64,000 nt of DNA from Puccinia triticina (lineage: Eukaryota), in contig CP110440.1 in assembly GCA_026914245.1 (NCBI GenBank), positions 3,100,001 through 3,164,000 on the forward strand. The letters run 5' to 3'. This document shows, piece after piece, positions 38,508-50,849 of this stretch. A model generated the notes under the pieces. The model saw nothing but the letters and a program-made list of their open reading frames with translations. It was not told the DNA's origin and did no database searches. Every line of letters begins with the position of its first letter. The stretch's first letter is position 1. Position numbers and translations under genes: made by a program.

Positions 38508-41500
38508 TCAAGCAGCAAGGTCTTCGATCATCTTAGATAAAGCGGCAGCAACATGAGGACTAGGACAGCGTTGACGAAGCTCGACAAGCTTAGCAGTTTC
38601 GCCGCGATCGGCGCATTCTTCGCCGGCCGTGACCCATTCGCCGCATTTGACATAGAGCTCGACTCGGTTCCGGGCCTCGCATTTGGGCACGTATCGGAGC
38701 GCTTCGCGATGACATCCCATTGCAAGCAAGTGATTCACAAACGGCTTCACAATCAAAAAATGGCATGTAGTTAGTGGATACCTGTGCACGAGTTTGTTAG
38801 GATGAGCTTCTCAGTCTCCCCATTCTCCCTTACCTCGAATCCGATTGGACTTTTCTTCCCCGACCAGGCCTCCAATCCGTCCCAGTCTTTCAACTCGACC
38901 AACGCTTTCATCTTGACGTACCAGAACCGTTTCTCGGGTACTTTAAAGTCAGTCTTGAGCTTGTCGGCCTGCTTGCGCAGTCCCAGCTTGACACACTGTC
39001 TGATCGTCTCCGTCAAGCTGGGCATCGTCAGTCCTTTATTGAAAACCATCGCCTCCATGAAATTCTTTTTCAGCTGGTCGTGTGCTGGATTGGAGGGCGC
39101 AGCCGGACCTGTGCCGTACGACTTCATGATATCAACGATCAGCGTCTTCTGGAAGGCTAGTAACCGCAAACTCTCGTTTAGCATCCCCTGCTCGAATACC
39201 CGCTCTGAATCTTCCTGGAAAAACTTCAGAGCACTCTTGATCTTGCTGAGCTTTAGAGCAAAGAAAGCTTCCCAATCCGTCACTGCTGATGGTGTATAAA
39301 TCAAAGCCGGGCAGTAGCTTAAGTAACTTTCTTCCAGGCAAAGACATCCACTCTCTGTCCGCCGATCATCTTGGTAGCAAAAATCGCGATACAATTCCCA
39401 GTCGGATCCCACACTGATAGATTTCGACGAGACAGGTTCTTTCTCGCTGAGAAAGTTCCGCTCGACACTAGCTTTCGCCCATACTCTGAGAATACTGATA
39501 GCTTCATCCTTTCTTTCAACAACGGACAAAAATTCTGCTAGCGGCTTTCGAGCCCGAGTTTCCCAGAGGACAGTTTGGATGAGGTCTGGGTCCAAGCTTT
39601 TGATTGATTGTTGGAGGGCTTCTTTTCCTTCGTCCATTCTCATCAGGAGGGGGATTTGCTTGGTGGGTTTCAGCTCATGAGCAAGTAGTTCGGTACAGAG
39701 TTTGGTCTTTCCAAGTGACCAGGCGATTTCGGCGATGTCGGCTGGACTGACCCCGTGTCGATCTTTGAGCTTGGAGACAATCCTTCGACAAATCGAGGCT
39801 GGACTGGCTGCTGATTTGGAGGCATCATTCGAGGAAGCGGAATCCATGTTCAAAATAAGATTGCGGGCCCAATGACGAAGGACGCCAGCGGGAGATAGGT
39901 TCAGAAATTCTGTGAGTCGGAGGGCCAGGAGGTAGTGTGACCTAGCTGTTAATCGCGAGATGAGGTGATCGGGATGATGTGAAATGTATCTACAAAAGCG
40001 AGAATGGTTAGTGATGAATCCAGAAAAGACAAAATGAAAAGCCATGAAAACTGACTGTTCATACGTGAGAGGAATCCCGATTTTATAGTCTCTTACTGCA
40101 TTGAGAACCCTGAGTATCTTGGCCATTTTGACAAACGGCTCGGGGTTATGAACGTCTAGGAAGACTTTTCCAAACGCAGCGGCTTTCATTAGCCGCTGCT
40201 GCCATCGAGGCTCGAATTCCCGACCAGCAGCTTGGACGCAGACATCGACGGCCTCGGTCAGTTTCTTGCGAATGTTCCGAATGTGTTCATCCGCTACTCG
40301 TGCAGAGTGCTTGTCAAAGTGATCCATCGCATCGAACAAAATCGCCGCAGGTGAGGTCGAGCCGGGTGTAAAGACCATACTAGTACATGAAGCCACCTTC
40401 GATAGGGATTCGCATGTGCTTAGAGACAGAATTCGAATGCCATCGATCTCAGTTACCAGATGAATCGAATCATTGAATGTGTATCTGATAGGCCATAGAA
40501 ATATAGCTGGTGAGTTGCTTGGAGGAATATGGCTAAGAAAGTGTTGGAGGAAGTTCACTTACGCACCTGAGTGATGCACCGAATGGGCCGATCATAAGCA
40601 AGCTTTTTTCCCAGGCAATCACGATTGTATCTCCGCCACACCAGACCATTTGAGTGGGCGGGCCATCATTCATGAAGTCCTGTCCACTCTGCTCTAACAG
40701 AGAGAACTCGCTCAATTCACGCGAGAAATCAGATGAGACGACCCAAACTGTGTACGGCTTTGGGCTCCCGGGGGCCGTCAGAAGCGCAAGGAATTTTCCA
40801 TTAGGCGAGGGAACGATCCGGAGAAAGGGCCCTTTGGCGGCGAGCCGTTGGTCGGTGGAGTCCATCGGATCTATGACTACGATTGAGTCTTGACGCGAGG
40901 CTAGAATCTGAACGATCCCTGTTGAGCTGGAATGTGGGGGGATGACAGCCCACGCTGTTGGTTTTTCGGCGAGCCCCCCCGAGTCGATTGATTCCCTCTT
41001 TCCATTACTTCGGTCTGGATTAAAGATGTGCAGTTGGTTGTCTGAACCTAGCTGTGTTGAGAATGGGTCGGCTAGGTTCAGATTTGAGGCGCCTTGGTTG
41101 GAATCCTTGATCGGATTCTCCGAAGGGTCGCCGAACTCGGACAGGGGAGACTCCGGCCAGCCTTTGATTTGGACAAAGGTGAGGTCGGACCTCATGACGA
41201 CCATGCCATCCGACCAGATGACTGCATCTAGTACACCGATCTCTTCAGTAATTGATCCTAAGGTGTGTTGGGTGTAGGGAAGTAGATCAGCTGGAGCTGA
41301 CGAGTTGCACGAGATTGGATAGAGACGATAGAATCCATTCGATGAGACGGTGACCAGGGATTCGGCATCTGTGAAGCCGAAACAGACGAGGCTCGAGGGA
41401 TGGTCCCAGACGACGGTATGGAGGAGTTGGCCCGAGCAAGAGTAGACATGGATGCGGGGTCGGGTGGAGGATGGCATGGATGAGCTGGGGTCTAGGACTG

Positions 41501-41766
41501 GGATGGGTTTAGAAGTATCGAAAGTCATGGCTGGATGATTTTCAAGGAAGCAAAGATAACAATCAGCAAAGCGGAACAACGATGAGGGTGGTGATGATAA
41601 TAATGTTGTGCGACCCACCTATAGGACCGGCGAAGGGAGCACCGACGACCCGATAGAAAGACAAGTCGATGACCGGCCACGACATTCGATAGATCTCTTC
41701 CTTGCGATAAAAGGCATCCCCGACTTTGTCCCAATTGGCGCTGTGAGGTGTTAGACCGAGCGTCAT
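38508..41766 (-). CDS. VPS16: Vacuolar protein sorting 16 (HOPS/CORVET subunit), multi-exon
   Basis: WDKVGDAFYRKEEIYRMSW, GAPFAGPI, SPNGKFLAL, WCGGD, TEIDGIRI, LMKAAAFGK, LRVLNAVR, FKVPEKRFW, KKSPIGF. Confidence 0.93.
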
Positions 41767-42169
41767 CGTTCTTCTATTACTCCTTGTTGAATATTACCTT
41801 GAGATTGATGAGGAAGGCGGAACGGCGGTTGCGACCGAACCTGACCCTCCCTGCCTGAGCTAACTTTTTCCCGAGCTTAACAAAGCCTCCCAGTGAGGCA
41901 GCCCCGCAGGGTCTCTGTCTCACAGAGAGGCTTAGCTGCAAAAACCTGTATCTGGCCTGAGAGCCCCAGGAATATGAGCCTGTATCAGGCTTTTTTTAAC
42001 TTTTTCCGTTTTTGTAACTCAACCGTCAGCCCGCTGAGGCTGCCCCTCAGGACTTAAGAAGTGCTCGGGAGTGCGCTTCTTCTGGTGCAATTTAGGCCTT
42101 GTAGCTGCCAATATAAGGCCTGATCCTTGCGTTTGAAGTTTTCAAACACCGAGAAAAGCGGACCATATT

Positions 42170-42438
42170 AGCACTGTTCACGTAAGAAATCTATGACCAT
42201 GTGAGAGATATACATCAGCATACTAGCACTGTTCACGTAAGAAATCTATGACCATGTGAGAGATATACATCAGCATACTTTCCCAGCCAAATTGGCTGGC
42301 ACAATGGGATAAACTTTATTTCAATCTTGCTGATGTTTAGCTTACGTGAACAGTGCTACTTTCCCAGCCAAATTGGCTGGCACAATGGGATAAACTTTAT
42401 TTCAATCTTGCTGATGTTTAGCTTACGTGAACAGTGCT
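42170..42438. mobile_element. 133-bp MITE (F) containing an identical copy of itself (42225-42357)
   Basis: TIR agcactgttcacgtaag / cttacgtgaacagtgct, outer TSD att, inner TSD act. Confidence 0.88.
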
Positions 42439-42462
42439 ATTGAGAGAACGTTTTTTGTAAAT

Positions 42463-42625
42463 TATGGTGTTCAAAATTGCATATGTCACGGTTTACATAA
42501 AATCATAAAGCCAATTTTGGCTGGGAGATGTCAGCGTGCATAAAACTTAAAGTGACATCTCCCAGCCAAAATTGCAGTTTAAGATTTTATGTAAAAAAAT
42601 CTTATGCGATTTTTTGAACACCATA
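42463..42625. mobile_element. 163-bp MITE (G)
   Basis: TIR tatggtgttcaaaa / ttttgaacaccata, TSD aat, absent from the paralog near 21640. Confidence 0.85.
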
Positions 42626-42688
42626 AATACATGTGGCTTTGTATCAAAATCTGTTTCAATCTAATGAAAGGCAGTTGAATACTGCATT

Positions 42689-42889
42689 AAGGGTGCTCAA
42701 AGTTGAAATCATAAAATTTTCAATGCATAAAATCATAAAGTTATAAAACTTTCAAGTGATGATTTCATATGTACCATTCTAGAAATGTTGCTCTAATTTG
42801 AGTGCTTGGGTGCAACATATTTTTTTCAGCTTAGAATTTTATGATTTTATGGTGTTATGATTTTATGCAAGTCAACTTTGAACACCCTA
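42689..42889 (+). mobile_element. 201-bp MITE (A), copy 1
   Basis: TIR agggtgctcaaagttga / tcaactttgaacaccct, TSD att. The empty site actgcattcttg is at ~21697. Confidence 0.88.
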
Positions 42890-45042
42890 ATTCTTGCTTA
42901 CATCAGCAGGAATGCATCTCAAAAAGAGGCCCTTTTCAAACTGCTCTCCAGGCCATGAACCAAGTGCTATCAGCCTGTGACTGCCGCCAAATTGAAGAGG
43001 AGAAGCAGGCCTTTCTTTGACATCCGGGGCAGGACTCAGTTCTTTTGGGAAGTGGGGTTTTTGGGGGCACAAAGTTGGACACCTGCAAAAACTAAGAGCT
43101 GTATGCGGGGCTCTCACGCCAGGAATCAGGGATTCCATGCAAGTCCCTCCCTGACGGGAGGTCGCACTTTGTGCGAGGCGCTTCGTGCCGCGCCCCTCGG
43201 CAGGTGAGGGACTTGGGAGGTCGCACTTCGTGCGAGGCGCTTTGCGCCGCGCCCCCCGGCAGGCAAGGGACTTGTGCTAAGTTTGACTTTTTCCCTCCTT
43301 GGGGGAGCAAAGCGACCTCCAAAGGAGGGACTTACACGCTATGTCTACCCCGCAGCCTGAGAGAATTTCAACTTTTGGTGGGCACTTTTTTATAATCAAC
43401 ATAGCACATGGGTCTCTTGACCAAATTCCTTCTAGTTTTCATTTCTGGGACCACCCAAGCTGTCCCCATCTATGTACCATTTCCATCTCCCCCCATCCCT
43501 TTTCTTTGATCTGCAATACCCTTTGTAATATCATTAGTTTTGGATCCTGTACAGTGCAAGATGTGTGATGAAGGATGAAGTAGACATGATGGTGGTCATA
43601 AAAAAGTAATTTGACTGCCACTCAAGGCTTAAAAAATTTGAAAAATATGTAGGAAGATTCTCCGTGGTCTTCTGCATCTTTTGTTCCCCCAACACCTAAT
43701 CACCCAATAAGAATTGGTGCTGCTACAAAACATCAAAAAACAGCATTTATGAAATTCTCTCACGCCACAAGGTTGACATAGCGCCTAAGTCCCTCCTTTG
43801 GAGAGTCCCTGCGGGACGGTGTCCCCCTTTCACATAGAGAGGCACTTAGTTAAGTTAGCTGCCTGAGGCTTTGCCAGAGGGACTTGTTATTACTTATCAG
43901 GGATTCTTGCATGAGAGATCCGGATAATTGACCACGCTCAATGTTATATTCCTCACTACTCCGTCAATTCTCAACCTCTCCTTACAGGACCCATTGTTTG
44001 TGAATAGCATTCTTCTCAACAAAATTATCATGTATTTTATATTCCCTGTAGCTAGCTCATCTATTTCTAAAATAAATATCTTGAAAATCAGAATAAAAAA
44101 CAAAATAATAGTGATGTCAAGCACATCACTCCATTTCATTTGGTATTTCCATAGTGCACTGACCCAACCGCAATGGGAGATGAACGGAGCTATCAAGCCT
44201 GATTAGGCTTACATGATTGATGATCTCTACTGAGCCACTCACCACGGTAAAAAAAAGGAAGACTTGTATTGATAAGAGAAGAATCATCACCTTGGGAAAG
44301 CTCAATCCATCTCCATCAGCCATAGAACCCACAAACAAGGATGACAACAACCTTGCCACTCTCAACCTGATTGGATTTAAGCAGAGGGAATCGGTGAAAA
44401 AAAGAGACGCACACCTTTATAACATTGTATCAAGTGAAGGGACCTTGAGATGTCTGCGCACAGGCAGTTATTTTCTGATCCGGTGGAAATTCCAAGAATC
44501 TCAAGGAAATGGGTGTTTTAAAAAAATAAAAGAAGGGCAAGGATCCAGGCGAGGGAGTGTGAAAATATATCAGAGGGAGGAGCAGATGCAGGCGGAACAT
44601 CCACCAAAAACTTAGAAGGTTTGAGATTGTCAGAGTTGAGTTGTGGTGGTTAAAAGGCAAACACCACCAAAACAAAAATATCTCTCATGCAAGAATTCAT
44701 GATTAGTCATAAGTCCCTCCGGCATAGCCTCAGGCAAGTGAGGGACTTCCTTAAGTTTGGGTTGCAACAGGTCCTTTGATTGATTATGATATTTGTCTTC
44801 CGCTGTTCACACCAGGGGGGAATCTGTCGCACTTCCTACAGAGTGCCATACCATAATTACATCAGACCCAGTTACTGATGTGATGCTAGAGTTTACCATA
44901 ACTCTTTTGTAAGTTTCCACAGTATTGCAAGGATAACTGTAGCCTAATGTATGATTAACTGCTCTGTTGATCAAGTATTGAGTTAGTGATCAGTTGAGGG
45001 GACCTTGTCTTTATGCCATGAAAATGGCCGTTTCTATGCAAT

Positions 45043-45845
45043 TAAGGTGTTCAAAGTTGAAATCATAAAATTTTCAATGCATAAAATCATAAAATCATAA
45101 AACTTTCAAGTGATGATTTCATATGTATCATTCTAGAATGTTGCTCTAATTTGAGTGCTTGGGTGCAACATATTTTTTTCAGCTTAGAATTTTATGATTT
45201 TATGCAAGCAACAATTAGGGTGTTCAAAGTTGACTTGCATAAAATCATAACACCATAAAATCATAAAATTCTAAGCTGAAAAAATGTGTTGCACCCAAGC
45301 ACTCAAATTAGAGAAACATTTCTAGAATGGTACATATGAAATCATCACTTGAAAGTTTTATGATTTTATGATTTTATGCATTGAAAATTTTATGATTTCA
45401 ACTTTGAACACCCTTAATGGGAAGTTACTTACGTTATGTTATCCAGCGGGATTTCCGTAACGTAACTTCCCACCGTTACCAGATAACGCGTTATTGTTAT
45501 CTGGTGAAACGTTCCTGCGCTTGTTTGGATAACGTAACGGAGGGGACTTTCCGCCTTGATGCTGCAAAAAATAACGCCGATAACGCGCTAACCGCGTTAT
45601 CTGGCCTAAAAGCACCGTAAAATTGCCAAAAAAATCCGCGTTATCCACACGTTATCCTCCTCAGATTGCGGGGGATAACGTAACGGGTCTAATAAAACAG
45701 AAAAAAAGACAAAAAGTAACGTAACTAAAACAACGCTGCTGTTAGCGCAACAATAACGGCACCAATTCAGTTACGTTATCCGTTACTTTTTGTTACGGAT
45801 AACGCAACTTCCCATTGTTGATGCAAGTCAACTTTGAACACCCTA
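45043..45845 (+). mobile_element. MITE A copy 2, containing MITE B (45209-45820), which contains inverted MITE A copy 3 (45216-45415)
   Basis: TSDs aat (outer A), atgcaag (B) and aat (inner A). B TIR caacaatgggaagtt / aacttcccattgttg. Confidence 0.87.
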
Positions 45846-46120
45846 AATGATGAAATCTATTCTGGGCCAACTTGTGTAAGATGTGAATCTTCTTGGTTCA
45901 TGATTAAACCAACAATCATGCCTTAAAAACGCCTCTGGTCCCTGGATAATATAGTAAAAAGAATTATGAGGCATATTTGGAGGGTACACTTAAATTTCCT
46001 TCAAGTTTTCAGCTTTTCAATTTGTGGTTAAAATTTGCCAGATGCAGGTGGCCGTCCTCTCATGTGTGAAAAGTATTGACTCTGTTATGGACAGATGTAT
46101 TTACTCACCCATGACAAGCC

Positions 46121-47423
46121 TGTTAAGATAGTGTATAATATTCTTATAGAGTTGTATGCTTCTACTCCATACACCCACAAGCTGGTCCATATCTGTACCA
46201 TCTTATGTAGTTCTTGATCAATTTTCCACTACACATTTTCTTATCCAACATGATTAGCAGATGTAACCGCTTGAGTAAAACTCTGATTTACTGCTTATTT
46301 TTTCTCCTTTAAATTTTCTTCCCCCAGGTGACCGGTCTAATTTTTTAGGTTGATTCTGACCCTTCTGCTGAGTCAAAGAATTCAACAATGTTGAATTGGT
46401 GCTATGAGTATTTGATTGTGTGCAATAAATGTTTCTATTTCAGTTTATCTGAGTCTGTTGAGCTGAGGCTACCAGACTTTGCAGTTTGTATATACAATGT
46501 GATTATAATAAGATTATGAAAAGAAATTACAACTGAGGAGGGATGTCCTCTATTTATACTAAAGCCCGGTGGACGTGTGTATGCACACGTCCCCTTGATC
46601 CTCCTATTCTATCAAAGCACCAGAGAAAGCTCGCTTTCTCTGTGCGCTGGAATTTTCTTAACTGGTACTTTCCACAAGTGATCCACCATCTCTTCCTACC
46701 AGCTTGCTCAGCAACTTGTGCTTTTCTCTTGCGTACATTTATCAATTGAAGTGTTCTTACTTTTGTTGCTGAATGTACCACATTTTGGTCTATCAGTCTT
46801 GCTAGGTCTTTGCTGGACTTTAAGCTGCGCTGCTTTAACGCTTTCTGTGCCTTCTGCTTTCTTCTTTGGCTAAAGGCCATTTGGGCGTGCGCAGCGTGTT
46901 CTTTTGCTTGCTGTTCGGGCAATCAAGGGTCATTGATATCAAGTTCAGAAGCTGATATCATATTTGTTTCTTGTGACACTTTATGTTTGACATCTCTATC
47001 TGATTGGGTTGAGAGTACACATAAGCTAGCGGATGCCGTTTGCTTAACAAACAATCCCGTTCTGTCAAAAGCTTTCACATGTGAATGTCTCTAGCCCTAT
47101 ATGTATAATCTTGTCAACCACTCAAAGCAACAGTTCTTCTCTGCTCTATGTGCCTGCTAGATTTTTCAACCTTGGTTTCAAAAACTTCTTGCCTTTCTCA
47201 GTTTGAAAATTGAGGTGACAGCTGCTGATCTTGACCAACCCCTGTGGCCTAACCAAGCCATTCTACACAAGGGTATGTGAAGGCTAGATGAGTAAGACTG
47301 CTGCTTTATGGAGTCTACAGCAAGGGGGTGTGTTAAGATAGTGTACAATATCCTTATAGAGTTGTATGCCTCTACTCCATATACCCACAAGCTGGTCCAT
47401 ATCTGTACCATCTTATATAGTTC
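46121..47423 (+). mobile_element. Degenerate Copia-like remnant with ~93-bp direct repeats
   Basis: tgttaagatagtgta...tagttc at 46121 and 47331. The second copy follows a PPT-like aagggggtg. No clean TSD. Confidence 0.55.
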
Positions 47424-48501
47424 AGCCCCTGTCTCAGTTGTCTTTTCTTTTACTTCACTGAATGATGATTATATCTTGACTCACTGTCCTTGGACTTTGT
47501 CCTTGACATCTTGTCAAACCTCTCTCTTAGTCTTGTGTCAACCAAGTTACCCTCAACAAAGCCCAAAGGGAACATCATGTGCAAAAGTCATGACTTGTAA
47601 TGGGGGACATTTCCTCACAATTTCTGGACTCACTAAGCTCCTTCCAGGGGAAAAAGGCACCCTGGAAGTTGGAACACACTGTTTTGTGATCAACAAAAAT
47701 AAGCTGGGCTTGGGATCAAGTGGGGTTTACTTGGATACTTGTGCAACTCAATGATTGGCAAGCAGAACATATAGAGTCTACATGCTTGGAATGTCCAGGT
47801 TTTGTAAGTGTAATCTTATCTCATGATCAGATTCTACACCTGAAAATGTGTTGCTTGCTTGGCATGCGGCTCAAGCTGCAAGAAGCAGTAATACAGTTGC
47901 CACTACTTGGCACGGGGTCAGCGGTTCCATTAATGACAATTAGTTGTGTTATTTGTTTCTGTGGTTGCACACTCCTTTGTCTTGAATTTAAAAACAATAA
48001 TTGAATGTGATTTATTGCCTAAATGAAACTGACACGCTGAAATAAAAAGAATTAGAAAATGAAAACAAGGGAGGTTGAAATGAGAGATGAAGGAGGAATG
48101 AAAACCAACATAGTGACGAGCAAGAACATGAAAGAGATGGCGGCGAGGACTAGGAGAATTGAGAGTGAGGACAAGAGTGCAGAGCTGAAAGATTGAGGTT
48201 AGTTGGGGTTCTTGAGTTGAGGATTGAGGAGAGCTGAGGGTAAGATCTCACCAAACAATGAGAAGGAGGAATTGATTGAGAAGAAGGAAAAAGGGAAGAA
48301 GAAGATTTATGAGAGTCAAGTGTTGAGGGAATTTGAGGTTGAAGTTGAAGGAGGTGTTTGCTGTGAATCAATATTGAGATGAGCGGTTGAGTTGAACCGA
48401 GTTGAAGATGGTTGAAGAGGAGAGCGGAAGAGGGGATGGAGAAAAGGGAATGAAAGGGACGTGGAATGAGAAATGTCACAAATGTGACAGAGCTGTGATT
48501 T

Positions 48502-49953
48502 TTACACTCCCCGTGGCTGGAGAGATTTTACCTCAGGGATTGAGAACAAAGGGTCAATAGTCTTGGTGAGGTTTGTTATGGAAGACTTAGAGGCGGCTTT
48601 TGTCAGGGCATCTGCTAGCATATCAAAGGTTATGATCAGAATTATCTTGATGTTTTTTTGTTTGAGTTCTTGGCGGATTCCTTTTGTCTTGAGATTGATG
48701 TGGCGAGTCTTAGGGTTTGATCCAAATTTCTTGAGCTTGTTGTCCAGGCCTTTGTTGTCAATGAAGTGTGAGTTTGCAAATTTTTCTTTGAAGACTTTGT
48801 TTTTCATCATGAGCCGTTCATTCAATTCCTTGTTGTCGATGTAGTGAGTAGCAGCGTTGATTTGAAGGTTCCAGACATCAGAGAGAAGCGCTTTCAGCCA
48901 GGAGCCTTCATGAAATGAGTCGACCAATGGGTTGAGTTCAGCTTTGGTGGAGGAGTAGGTCACGTTGTGTTGTCTGCAGCTGTTCTGTCAGCCACAGAGT
49001 ACATGTCACAGTACCTTACACGTACCAAGTACCTGCAATTGTTCACATTACTTATAGTACATTCCTTTTACACCTTTATTACATATGTATATCATTAGAT
49101 ACAAGCTTAAGAATGTACTCTTGTTATACATCACATTACAGATAACCATAGTTAAATACAGTTACCATAATGTACTGTTGTTATGAGAGTTAAGTTACGC
49201 GCAAACAGTAAGATTACAATACATTGTAATATTACTGTACACGTGAAATACCCCAAGACAGGTATCACTCATTTATCCCCTGTTACGCCTCAGTACCTAT
49301 TTACATAACATATTGGTTATGATATAAACACATAAACAATACATGATGTAATCCAATTCAAAGAGCACTGAATGGAATCACTGATTGGTTATGATCAGCT
49401 AGTGCGCACAGCTACTGATCTAGGATCAGTACTGATCATTACACTGCCCTGATCATTTCCAATGTTGATCCTCATGAGGATCTGCTTCCCTTGAGCGCTT
49501 CCAGTTCCCCCCTGGTCCTGAAGCGCCTCCAAGCGCCTCATATTCCCTCCTGCTCTTTACCCCTCTATATAAACACACCCCCCAGGACTGTTTATCCCTC
49601 AGAATATTATTACAGCAAAGTTTAACCCCTACTATAGTTAAACAGTGCTTTCATTCTCAAACATCATTCAATTCAGGAATAACATCAACTCTTGATTACC
49701 CTTACCTTTCTGTAGGCAAAACCACGAACCCAAGTTGAGTTATTCCTTGGATGCCTATTAACACCCTGTGTTGATCTGGATGCGCCTTAATTGAGCAAGC
49801 CTCTCAGTCAAGATTACTGATAGAGTGAAACCTTTTACAGGTCTTACGACGAACCCATTGGCCCATCCTTGGCATCTTACACTATCATCTTGCTAGTAAC
49901 AACCCTCTCAGACACGGTTAGTTACCTACAGGCTGACATGTTCCATGAGATTA
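48502..49953 (-). pseudogene. Ty1/Copia RNase H remnant split by a solo LTR; followed by a PPT and probable LTR starting at 48506 on the minus strand
   Basis: ISWN|SCRQHNVTYSSTKAEL, KTRHINLK, DMLADALTK, then ggggag-TGTAAAA. Confidence 0.8.
48986..49938. mobile_element. Solo LTR (953 bp)
   Basis: TGTCAGCC...GGCTGACA, TSD tgttc. Confidence 0.88.
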
Positions 49954-49962
49954 GAGACCTGG

Positions 49963-50170
49963 TGTCCTGTCCGTTTGCGTGCGAACAGACAGGACACCAA
50001 TGTTTTGTCCTGTCCGTTTGTGTGAAAACAGACAGGACGGAGCCAATGTTTTGTTTTGTCCTGTCCCTTTGCGTGCGAACAGATAGGACAGAGCCTCTGT
50101 TTTGTCCTGTCCGTTTGCGTGCAAACGGACAGGACACCAATGGTTTGTCCTGTCCGTTTGGGTCCTGTGA
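49963..50170. repeat. Array of palindromic units GTCCTGTCCGTTTGCGTGCGAACRGACAGGAC
   Basis: About 4.5 units separated by short linkers, next to hAT-like ends (tagaga at 49952, catctcta ending 50320). Confidence 0.75.
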
Positions 50171-50498
50171 CACTGTTTCAGAGGTACCCGGACGGGTACC
50201 CGCTAATTTTTTCCTGGTAAAACACAACACCCGCACCTGCCAAGCGGGTACCCGCTCATGCCACAGGTACCCACCCACGGGTGTTGGGTACCCGCCAATG
50301 GGTACCTGTGCCCATCTCTAGTCATTTGTATCAGCAATCTGATAAAATACATACAGCTTGTATTGACCCAACCAATAAATACACCACCATAACTTCATAT
50401 GTATACACCACTGTGCAGTTTTTGCTGCGGGTGCTGTGTTTGACACGGCACACATGACACTGAGACTCATACTTGTAGTCGTAGACTGATGAATCATA

Positions 50499-50849
50499 CA
50501 GCAATGTCAGAAAAGCTTGCGGCCAGCTTTTGGACCACTGATTTCAGCCTCAAAGCCTGTATGGCTCCTGTACGTCAGGAATGCCATCAGAAGAAACAAC
50601 CCAGTTTCTTTGTTTTCCACTTTGGGGCCTTGAGGGCCCCACCATTGGATTCCTGGAGTGATTTTACTGTGATCCGGCCCTTCGCGGCTTCTGCCCCCCT
50701 TGCCCCTTGCCCGGCCCGGCACCCAGGTCAATCAAAACCAGCTGCCCAAACGGGTTTTGTCTGCCTGTACAGTGAAGCTGGACAGGCCTGTCGCTGAAAT
50801 GCAGAAGTCATTTCAGCCACAAAATAGGCAAGCTTTTCTGACATTGCTG
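50499..50849. mobile_element. MITE with 22-bp TIR and TA flanks (Tc1/mariner-like)
   Basis: TIR cagcaatgtcagaaaagcttgc / gcaagcttttctgacattgctg. Confidence 0.8.

Larger units (their letters stand above)
41872..43285. mobile_element. Inner Mutator-like element (C), inside the left TIR of E
   Basis: Ends cgagcttaac / gctaagtttg, TSD actttttcc at 41863-41871 and 43286-43294. Confidence 0.85.
41860..43858. mobile_element. Middle Mutator-like element (E), inside the left TIR of D
   Basis: Ends ctaactt / aagttag, TSD ctgcctgag at 41851-41859 and 43859-43867. Confidence 0.85.
41836..44759. mobile_element. Outer Mutator-like element (D)
   Basis: TSD ggttgcgac / ggttgcaac. The inner part of the left TIR (43861-43920) mirrors 44680-44736. 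Confidence 0.82.

Noticed and set aside
46554..46922. Basic 122-aa ORF inside the Copia-like remnant
   Set aside because: No motif or other support
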